Shown: in pieces, positions 53,886 to 64,000 of the stretch
Position numbering within the stretch: the first letter of the stretch is position 1
Layout: the number at the start of each line of letters is the position of its first letter
From: Eledone cirrhosa
Lineage: Eukaryota
Assembly (NCBI GenBank): GCA_964016885.1
Contig: OZ024747.1
Span: 1,240,001-1,304,000 of the forward strand
Reading direction: 5' to 3'
Length of the DNA stretch: 64,000 nucleotides
Translations under genes and position numbers: made by a program
The notes under the pieces: model-generated
What the model saw: only the letters and a program-made list of their open reading frames with translations
What the model was told of the DNA's origin: nothing
The model's database searches: none

Positions 53886-54282
53886 GCAGTTTGACACACA
53901 CACACATACATACATACATACATACATACATACATACATGATGGCTGCCCCCTCGTTATCGAGTATGGCCATTGCACGAGGAGAAAAAAAAAAAATCATA
54001 ATAATAATAAATAAATAAAAAAGAAAATAAAATTAAAAAAAAAGAAATATATATATATATCTATATATATATATACACACACACACACATACATACATAC
54101 ATACATACATACATACATACATACACATATATATATACATACACACATATACATTAATAACAATAATAATAATAATAATAATAACAATAATAATAACGAC
54201 AACAACAACAATAATGATATACATATACATATATATATACACACACACACACAAACATATCTATACACACACACACACACAC

Positions 54283-56668
54283 GATAGCAACTAACAGCGC
54301 TGCGATCGAATGTGGGTTTTTAGCCCAGCCAATGATCTAAAATGTCTTGCACAGAGTCGGCAACCAAAACATTCACTGGGAATAGTCGGCTGTGGTTGGA
54401 GTTCATGTACTTTTGCATGTCGCTTGAGCCCTCCTGCTGATCTACATTCTCTACCACATGTTTGGCAAGCATGATGAGTAGCATCTCCAACAGCAGCCTG
54501 GTAGTCAGCCACTGGTCTTACTTTATGACTGCGAAGATTACTTTCGAGTCCAGCTTTGCTTAGGCAGAGTCTCGCACAGACGCTGCATGTCAGCACCATA
54601 GGAGGACCCTCGCTGTCTGGAAATGCAACAGCAATGCCCTTCCTCACATCCCGCTTTACTTTCTCGTATGCGATTCGAGATGCCTCAAAGGCAATTTTTC
54701 CCTCATATACAGTCTTTCTCCATTTATTACGATCAGCAGCAATATTCTCCCATGTATCAGCAGAGATGTTAGCGTCTTTCAAAGAGGCTTTCAAGGAATC
54801 CTTATACCTCTTTTTTGGTTTATGTGGCGGTCGTTTTCCTTTAACCAACTCTCCATAAAAGAGTTGTTTTGGTATTCTAGAATCCTTCATCCTGGCAAGG
54901 TGACCACTCCAACGGAGTCGCTGCTTAAGCACAAGAGTTTCTATACTGTCACACATAGAGCTTTCCAAAATCTCAACATCACTGATGTGGTCCCTCCAGT
55001 GAACGCCATGGATCCGTCTGAGACACATCTGATGGAAACGCTCCAATTGCTTAAGGTGGTGTTGATATGTGACCCAGGTCTCGCAGGCATAAAGAAGACA
55101 AGAGAGCACACATGCCTTGTACACCTTTACCTTTGTCCTCCTGCATATATCTCGCCTTTCTAGCTTTCCGAAAGCATCACTTGCTTTCCTAATCCTAAGT
55201 GAGATTTCACTGTCAAGGTTGCTGTATCGATTGACAGTGCTTCCCAGGTAGACAAACTGATCAACCACTCCAAGTCGTTTATCATACACATAGATGTTTG
55301 GTTCAGTGTACTGCTTACTAGGGGCAGGTTGGTACATGACGACGGTTTTCTTGAGACTGACAGTCAATCCTAGGGCAGTGCAAGTGTCAGAAAATGCATT
55401 CAAAATGTGTTGCATATCACTCTCCGTGTGCGCTACAATATCGCAATCATCTGCATACAAGAGGTCTCTATGATTGATGTAAATACTTTTGTCTTTGCAG
55501 CAAAGCGCCTGATGTTAAATATGCTGCCTGAGGTTCGATATCGGATGTAAACACCATGCTCGCAATTCCTGCATGCAATACAGAAAACCATTGCAAAGTA
55601 TATGGCAAACAGGGTCGGTGCTGGAATATCCCCCTGTTTCACTCCATTTTTTACTGAGATAGGCTCCGACATGTTACCTCCGACATTAACCCAAGCCTTC
55701 ATGTCGTCATGGAAAGACCTAACTAAAGCAAGGAACTTATCAGGGCAACCAAGTTTCTGGAGAACCTTCCATAATGCATCTGTTAACAGTATCGAAAGCT
55801 TTTGTCAGATCGATAAAAACCTAATACAGATCTAAACCTTGTTCCATGCACTTCTCCTGGAGCTGTCTACTAGCTGAGAAGATCATATCAGTAGTGCCGC
55901 GTCCAGCACGAAAACCAGATTGACTTTCAGGAAGAACACAATCTGCAATGTGTCAGCAGACGGTCCAGAAGCACCCTACATAAAACTTTCCCTACGACAG
56001 AAAGCAATGATATACCTCTGTAGTTCCCACAATCATTCCTGTTACCCTTTCCCTTGTACAAGATCACCATTACTGCATCTCTCCAGTCCTCAGGTACCGA
56101 TTCATTAGCCCATATCCCGCCAAACAAAGAGTGAAGATGTTGCAGGAGTCTCTCACCACCATATTGTAGGAGCTCAGCATGTATGCCATCCATACCTGGA
56201 GATCTTCCACTGTTCAGCTTCGAGATAGCCACTCCAACCTCCACAAGCGTCGGAGGTTCTGCGAGAGCTACTTTCACAGGACTTTCTGGAATGAGATTGA
56301 GGAAATCTTCACTGACGACAGACGGCTGATTCAAAAGATCATCAAAGTGCTCTCGCCACCTTCGTAGAATTCCTTGTGAGTCACAAAGAAGTTCTTTGCC
56401 ATCCTTGCTGCGAAGCGGTGTTACCAGAGAAGAAGACAGTCCATAAACCTCACGCAAGAGACTGTACAACAGCTTTGTATTATTGGAATCTGACGCAGTT
56501 TGTATCTCACCAGCCTTTTCACTCCACCACTGATCCTTCATCTGAGAAAGACTCCGCCTAACACGTGATTTTACATCCTTGAGTTCCTCATGCAACATAT
56601 TCCTCTCCTGTGGTTTTGCTGTCAAGTAGCGTGACAGAGCACGCCTCTTATCAGCCAACAAGTCTTCC
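54283..56668 (-). mobile_element. 5'-truncated RTE-type LINE with three C-terminal C2H2-like zinc fingers
   Basis: GNYRGISLL, GVKQGDIPAP, YADD, LLYACETW, RLRWSGH; CxxC..H motifs near the end; several frameshifts. Confidence 0.92.
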
Positions 56669-56680
56669 ATACATACATAC

Positions 56681-56988
56681 ATTGAGTTTACAAATCCAGT
56701 ATCCAAGATACACCTTTAGCTTCATACCCATCATTATTGGAGCTACGGGTTATATACCAACCCGCTTGGACCAAAGTATGATTGAACTTGGATTTGTGGA
56801 CAAAAAGCGCAGCTCCCTAATTCATAGTCTACAAATGGCTGCGATAGCTGGTACCTTCAAAATTTGCAAAACATTCTTGCGATTCAAGGGATGACAATTT
56901 CTTTTCTTTTACAACCTTGCCACCAGGAAGGTGGCTGGTCAAAAAAAATATACTTGAAATTAAGAGAAAGAGATAACATGCATACATA
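56681..56988 (+). mobile_element. 3' end of a restriction-like-endonuclease non-LTR element (R4/Dong-like)
   Basis: FIPIIIGATG..LQMAAIAGTFKICKTFL* followed by a short 3' UTR; CATA repeats on both flanks. Confidence 0.65.
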
Positions 56989-57069
56989 CATAGATAGATA
57001 GATAGATAGATAGATATATATATAGTGACGAAACATAAGTCAATTGCATGAACTCATAATCCTTTATTT

Positions 57070-57125
57070 ACTGCTATATATATTTCGATGATAGCCATTG
57101 AATGGCTATGACCTCATCAGGCAGT
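57070..57125 (-). ncRNA. Minimal type I hammerhead ribozyme
   Basis: ACTGC-CTGATGA-GGT c ATAGCCAT tca ATGGCTAT c ATC-GAAA-TATATA-TA-GCAGT; lies in a ~440-bp island (57025-57465) between TA tracts. Confidence 0.85.
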
Positions 57126-57461
57126 TAGTCAGTTCTTAGATATGCCAGCTCTGTGTTTATGGTGTTGATGGTATCAGAGCCTTGGGACATATGAGCTTGT
57201 TAGGAATAATTTAATGTTGTCAGCAGGAATAGTCTGAATTCTCATTGGTCAGTTTGTAGATGCTAGTAGGGTTGGTATTTGACGTCAAAGAGGCAGGTGG
57301 TGTTGTAAAGTTCAAACCATCAGGCAAGATGACAATCCATATGACTGATTTTCACAAAAAGCATTCCTGGTCAGATATATATTCAATTAAGGTTAATAGT
57401 ATGAAATTCGATACTACAGGTCATTCTTAAATTGAGGAATTTATGTGGAGTCGTACTACTG

Positions 57462-57497
<36 letters not shown>

Positions 57498-58039
57498 CTA
57501 CAAAGCAAATGCCCTAGCTCAGGTAAATATCCAATTCTGGAACCGGTGGATTATCCAGAAGAAGTGATGGGAAGAGACCAGACGGCCTTATTCTTTGTCC
57601 CTGGGTAAGAGGTAGGGGTCTCATCTAGGACGCCCCAGTCAGTGACTCTTTCGCTCCTTCCTATATTATGGATGGCACGGTAAATGTGGGGGTCACTGTT
57701 TCCAGAGGTTTGGTGGAGTTAGGTCGCTGACAACAAAATTCTTGTCATCGCTGTCGTAATGTTGCAAGTGTGTTGGCTTGCCTCAAAATATTCCGTTGGC
57801 CTTTATGGTTTGATATGCGGCCGATTGTCGCACTTGGTGGTGAATTGAGTTCGTTTTCATCTTTGCCCCTCCCCCCTTCTTTCCTTCTCTCTGGTCACGT
57901 GTTTTGATCCATAAATTATATTTCGATTTATAAATGGTGTGTATTTTTTAATATTTTGTAAATCTTCCTTGGCTAGTATTTGTTGCTAGACTAAGAGTCC
58001 TGTTGAGGTGCTTGGGATCTGGTTCAGTATTTAGTTCTG

Positions 58040-58950
58040 TTATGATGTGAAGGACCATAATGGAAGAAACTGAAGATTGAACTCATATGTAACATTTTTC
58101 TTGCACCTCTGTAACATGGCTTGAATGACTCCCACAAGCCAGTCTACCCTTCACCTCTTTAGTACCAACCAGACTATAGAGTGTAGAATTCTGTTGAAGA
58201 CTTTCTTCACATCAACGAAAGCTAAATATATCAGCTTAGTCTTAGCTAGGTTCCTACTACTGCAGTTGTTTTACTAAGAATATGGCATCAATAGCACATT
58301 TTGTTGTTTTTTTGGCATAAAGCCAAACTACATCTTATCTATGTTAATTCAGCTTCTGGTCAATTGTGCAATAACAACTTTCATAATCTGAAAAAGCAAT
58401 TTAATGATGCCTCTGTAATTACATTGCTCTAATGCTCCCCCAGTTGCTGGTGGTGGTGGTGGTGTTACACCATTTATTTATTACCTGGTTAACTATGGGA
58501 ATGACTAGTCTGGCTCCTACCTTCACAATCAGATAATCTCACCAACTACTCCTCATGGACCAGCTGCTATAATTACAGTTTCTAGTACTGTCAGCTTGCT
58601 CCCTCTGTTGGGTCTACTTAGGGTAGGTACTCACTAAACCATGCATTCTCCTCCACATTTAACAAGCTCTCATAATGGAACTTCCATTCTGACATCAATA
58701 GCTACTGATCTATGGGAGATCAATAGCCAGCACTTCACTACTGACTTAGTCTATGTAGACCCGTCCAGCCCTTGCTAGCAGGGAAAGCGGATGTTAAAAC
58801 GATGATGAGAGTGTGCCATAATCTGCACACACTTCTCCCCAACTACACCTTTAATACACTGCCTTACAATCTGGAATATTTCCCACCACAGAACATTAAC
58901 AAACCTTTTTATGATTCTTCCCTTGCTAAATAAACACGTTACTCAGTTAC
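58040..58950 (-). mobile_element. Highly degraded RTE LINE
   Basis: Remnants such as KTKLIYLAFVDVKKVF and VVGEKC on the minus strand. Confidence 0.6.
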
Positions 58951-59742
58951 ATTTCTAACTACTTGCTATTGTTCTCTGCTTCCTCTTTCAGTCCTGTCCC
59001 TTACCTTCTATAGCTCTATCAATGGTGTCATGCCACCACCATCTGACTGGAACCTTGCCTCACCAGGCACAGATCTAGACTGTTGCCCTCAATAGATTGT
59101 CTATGGTTGGATGCTGTTCACAACACCAGCCACATTTAATCATGACTCTAGACCAGCAATATCATCGTACATTGGACTGGATGCTTTATGCCATAGCACC
59201 AGTTATGCCACTAGCGGACATACCGTAGACTTGGCCAGGTTGAGGAGGGATAGGATGGGAGAGGTAAAAATAAGGGGCTGGCTATATACTTGGGTAAGGG
59301 GCCAGCCACAGAGTATTGAAGTGGGATGTGCCCAGCTTTCCATATTGGCAAGGGGTGACTGGAGAAGGAATAAGATGGGGACTAAAGCAGGGAAAGCGAG
59401 AGAATACTGGCAGGTAAGAACCTCAATGTTATTCTATCTCTATTTCTTTGGGATTTAGGTTAGGGAAAATAAATTGGAGGAAGCTGGTATTGGCAGGCAG
59501 GGACCATCGTCTCCATGCTCAGTTCATCCTGCTTGTGTGGGAAGCTAAGTCTTCTGCAATATGGCATGTACTCAGGTCATCTCTTTCATGAAGTTTGGTT
59601 GCATAAGGTTGGCCTTCATCACATTACCCCAAGTTTATATAATATATATATAGTTACAATGTGCTTATAAACCAAAAATAAACGTTGAAGACATTTAATC
59701 ACTGACTATTGTTTCTTCCCATAGGAATATACCTCCGACAGC

Positions 59743-59778
<36 letters not shown>

Positions 59779-61287
59779 CATCACCATTTAACGTCCATTT
59801 TTTACACACTAGCATAGGTTAGATGAGTTGTCCTGCTGTGAGCAATGCCAGATCAGGTAACCATGTCTTGTTCCTACAGAACTGATTTTAGCTTGGTTTC
59901 TGCAGGTGGTTGCCCTTCCTAATGCCAACCTCATTTAGAGTGAGCACTGAGTGCTTTTTGTCATGACCCCTACACAACAACTATATATATATTTACAATG
60001 ACAACTTATCTTGTGTCATGTTAAAATGCACCCAATACACTCTATAAGGTGGCTGGGGTTAGGAAGAGCATTCTGCTGTAGAAACCATACCAAGTACAGA
60101 ATACATGAGCAAGATGTGGTCTCCCTCACCCGTCTAGTCTCAGACCTTGAAAACCTGTCCAACCCATGCTAGGCATGAAACATCGATGTAAAATTATGAT
60201 GATATATACACTCAGATGTGAAGTACCAAAGTCGAAATTGATGTGCTGTTTGGTAATCTGTGGTTCTGAGATCAACTCTTCCTGCTGGTGTGATGTATAT
60301 ATGTGTGGTGTGTATGTGATAAAGTGGAGTGTCTTGTTTGTTCCTGAACATACCATAACTAGTGTTAATATGTATCTGGTCATCTTCTTTTTGAAGCAGA
60401 GGAGAGATAAATCTTCTGGCTATGATAATAATTTATTGGACTGCCAGTAAATTTTACTTGTGTAAGAAAAGTACCAGTCTAGTAATGGGGCGATTCTTCC
60501 TCTATATCTCTCTCTCAATTTCTTCCTCTCACTATTCTTGTCTGAAATAAATTTGCTGTACACAGGTCTGGAGAGAAGTTAGGCTCCACCAGTTTTAAAA
60601 ATGTCCTAAGAAACGCCCTCAATATGGAACTCCCTAGTAAGTTATGGGTTCATACCATACCAGGAGCAATTGAACTTCAGTACAGTAATCCAGTGAAACA
60701 TTTGTCAATATGCACCACCTCATAATAATTATTTATAGTTTTGAAAACCGAGCCATGGAGAATTTCATATATTCATAATAGGAAGGAACTGGTCCCGTGA
60801 AAAAGATGGTATCATTTATCGTAACTGGTTATAGTTATATAAAACTCTATTGACTAAGGAAATTATATTATGACCATGATGTCTGGGAGATCAAATCTCA
60901 CTCCACTTTTCTAAGCAACGGACATAACTTGCTTTCCAGTCTTTAAACAGGTTATGTTCACATATTTCACATTTCAATAGCTTGGTATTGATTATGGAGC
61001 CTATTAGTACTACTATAACTGAGGTTGTCATGACTACTAGTAACTACTGCTCTACCAATGACAACTACTGTTGATACTTTGATATTGTTTCCTAAAGAAT
61101 GTTAGAAACTCTGCTGACACCAGTCAGCCTACCTGACAAACAGGTACAACCTTTGCTCACTGTTCTTCACAATAAAGGTAGTTATGGTGGACAGTAGATA
61201 TCAAGTATTGGAAACTACAGCGTAGTGATAAATAGTGGAAAGATTGGTAGAGAAAATTACAGTCCAGGATTCCATGGTGGGAAATAT

Positions 61288-61458
61288 TGGTGGCTAGTAG
61301 ACAACTCAGTGTGGCTAGTAGACAACTCAGTGTGGCTAGTAGACAACTCAGTGTGGCTAGTAGACAACTCAGTGTGGCTAGTAGACAACTCAGTGTGGCT
61401 AGTAGACAACTCAGTGTGGCTAGTAGACAACTCAGTGTGGCTAGTAGACAACTCAGTG
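61288..61458. repeat. 21-bp minisatellite, 8 copies
   Basis: Unit GTGGCTAGTAGACAACTCAGT. Confidence 0.95.
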
Positions 61459-61986
61459 TATTTAATTAGAAATGCAGTCATGAAAGGGTTAAAATGCTGG
61501 TGTAACCATATCCTTTTTTCGTTATTATGTTATAGTTCTTGATTGTAGATAAAATTAGTAAAATATTTGAAATGAAGCAGTGAATGGAGGCTGTATTGTT
61601 TTCATAAATTACATTAACTTATAATTGAACCCACATCACTATTTGCTTTCATTCAGTAATTCAAAATATATGAAAGTCATTGTTGGTACGCAGGAATGTG
61701 ACTAAGTTTGGATAATTGAAGTAAAACTTCACCAGGAATAAATTGTGTGTAAACATAAATAAAAAAGATATTTTTCTTATACTATATAATCTATACAAGT
61801 GGAATAGAGCCACACTAACTTACTACTGATGATGATATATATATATATCATCATCACCGTTTAACATCCATTTTCCATGCTAGCATGGGTTAGACAAGTC
61901 CTGTTGTGAGCAATGCCATAGCCACAATATTTTATAATATTGAAATTTTGGAATCTTGTTTACAATGCAAATTTTGAAAATTGCAT

Positions 61987-62590
61987 AAGTATTTGAACCC
62001 ACTGGGTAGATTAAATCGACTCGGTCCTTTCCACCAAATATGTTGGGAATTGTACCTAAATCAGAAAGAATTATTGAAATGTATTGGTCGTGGTAAATAT
62101 CTTTGTGATTGTGCAGATGAAATTAAAAGAAAAATACTTCTGCCATTTAACTACCTCAGTTATTGAATGTGAAAATTAAATTTGAGAATAATTAATAAGT
62201 GTAATACAAATGAAAATCAGAGAGTTGGAAAAATGAGTTAAAATTTTGTGAAATGCATCGCCTCAATAAGTCACACTACATGAACTTATGAAAAATTACT
62301 ATTTCGATTATATCTATTGTCACCATGTTACTGAGGTATCAATTGATGCCCGTGGGGGTGCTTGGTTGTTTCAGTGCCTTAGCCTCGCCATCACCTGTGG
62401 TAATGTTGCCAGAAAATGTTCTGTTGACACTTTTGATGTGATGTGCGGCTGATTGTCACACTCGGAGGTGAATTGATGGTCGTTTTCTTTAATCTTATAT
62501 ATTTCTTAAGTATTGTATATATTATTAGTGTCTATTTTCATTCTGTAAGAATTATAAATAACGTAATATTTATACAATTGTCAATAAAAT
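61987..62590 (-). repeat. Right arm of ~600-bp inverted duplication
   Basis: See 51414-52033. Confidence 0.92.
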
Positions 62591-62809
62591 GTTTTTTCAG
62601 TTGTAAACATGAAAAAATTGACCCAGTGAAGCTGTGTGAATAGAATTAGCTGTTATAAACAGAAATAATGGAAATATGTGTATTTTAGAAACTTCTTCAC
62701 CCACTTATTCCTGGAAGGGTCGTGTGGGCAGAATCCTGAAACACTTCCTCCAGTAGATCCTGCCAGAAGCAACTGTCTACAACTGATCCGGCTGGATCCC
62801 CGAGACCAA

Positions 62810-63260
62810 CCAAGCTCATGTAGTGATATTACATGTAAACTAACAGACTTCTTATGGGACTTCTTATGTGTCAGATGGACAAGAGTAGTTAGCAGTAATA
62901 CTACAAGTGAAATGAATTCTTTGACATGTCTACAAGGCCCCCAAGAAGTAGTTGACAGTTTCTGTTACCTAGATGTCTCAAGCAGTGGAAGAGGGTGTTC
63001 TGAAAACAGAGTAATCAGAATAAGGATGAGGGTAGGGGGACATTAAGACTATTACCCCCGCAGGTAACAAAGGGATTATCTCCCTGTTTGAAGCTGAAAC
63101 AGTTTGTGTACGAAGTGCAATGTCGCATGGTAGCAAAACATGGGCATTGAAAGCAGAGGATGTGTGGAGGCTAAAGAGATGAAGCATGCTATGCTCTACT
63201 GGATATGTAATATTAGCATGTAAAAATGTCACAGCACAAATGAGCTAGAATACAATCTAA
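62810..63260 (+). mobile_element. Old RTE LINE fragment
   Basis: VVDSFCYL..SSGRGCSE and HGSKTWALKAED remnants. Confidence 0.7.
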
Positions 63261-63714
63261 TTATAAATGCGACATTGTAAAAAAAAAAAGAAAAAAGATC
63301 AAAACCAAAATATATTTTACCAAACTTTGTTTTTTAAAAATTACACATAAAATAAATATATTTGATGTACTTATATATATACATATAAATATATATATAT
63401 ATATGTATATAAATAAAAGATATATATTTATTTATTTATTTTTAAGTGGTTATCTTGTATTTTAATTGTGGTAATTTAATTAAAACATTGCCTCAATAAA
63501 TGATAAACACAGGTTAATTGGTGAGAGAACAGCATTTATGGTTTCCATATCACAAATTAATGATAAACATTTTAAAAATATCATTAACAAGTTATATGAC
63601 AAATTACTATAAATCTTTCTCCAGGATTGTGTTATTCATTGCATCAAGCAAATGTTTTTTTAAATTTACATTTTTTATATTTAAACAGTTAAAATACAAG
63701 ATAACCCTGGTAAA

Positions 63715-64000
63715 TTATTGTTTTTCTTTATCTTCTGGTTCCATGTTAGAGTTTCTTTTATTTCCACTGACTTTCATTTTGCTGGTATAATCAGCCAGAA
63801 TTTCGGCAGTGACCTCATCATATTTTTTCCAGATTTTTTCTGTACAAACCTCATAATCAACCATAGCTCTTGAAACTCTTTCCTGGTACTCACTTTCCTT
63901 AACACTATTATCAAATTCGCTTTTTTCCATTAACATTACAGCAACTTTCAGTGAGTTCTCATAGGTTAAACGCAACACATCCATATGTTGCTGGTGTTTG
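63715..64000 (-). CDS. C-terminal end of an unidentified, charged helical protein (partial)
   Basis: Frame open from the window edge (KHQQHMDVLRLTYEN..EDKEKQ*), protein-like composition, AATAAA motifs downstream near 63430. Confidence 0.55.
   Translation of the reverse strand, partial: KHQQHMDVLRLTYENSLKVAVMLMEKSEFDNSVKESEYQERVSRAMVDYEVCTEKIWKKYDEVTAEILADYTSKMKVSGNKRNSNMEPEDKEKQ

Noticed and set aside
51414-62590. Polinton/Maverick or other giant TIR transposon
   Set aside because: No AG..CT termini, no TSD, and no polymerase, integrase or transposase ORF between the arms.

Overview
AT-rich, microsatellite-laden metazoan genomic DNA. The repeat landscape (long TA/TACA tracts, RTE LINEs with (GAT)n tails, tRNA-derived SINEs) suggests a cephalopod such as Octopus; that assignment is inference. 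The window holds the 5' ~552 codons of an exocyst subunit EXOC4/Sec8 gene on the minus strand: 17 hand-assembled GT-AG exons from 50939 down to 11358, all phase-consistent, continuing out of the window. The 3' end of an unidentified gene lies at the far right. Introns and flanks contain RTE LINEs (one family with a PHD-type finger inside the RT domain, another with C-terminal C2H2 fingers), an R4/Dong-like 3' fragment, SINEs, MITEs, a probable Helitron and about ten minisatellites. The ORF track misses the most notable layer: at least six well-formed type I hammerhead ribozyme motifs plus degenerate ones. They sit in Penelope-like element (PLE) termini, long palindromes and a 518-bp terminally redundant retrozyme-like unit, nearly all beside (TA)n tracts. 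Other points of interest are several frame-preserving candidate cassette/micro-exons in EXOC4, a minisatellite that multiplies an EXOC4 splice donor about 24 times, and inverted LINE copies bracketing exons 13-17. All homology calls are from memory and manual reading; no database search was run.
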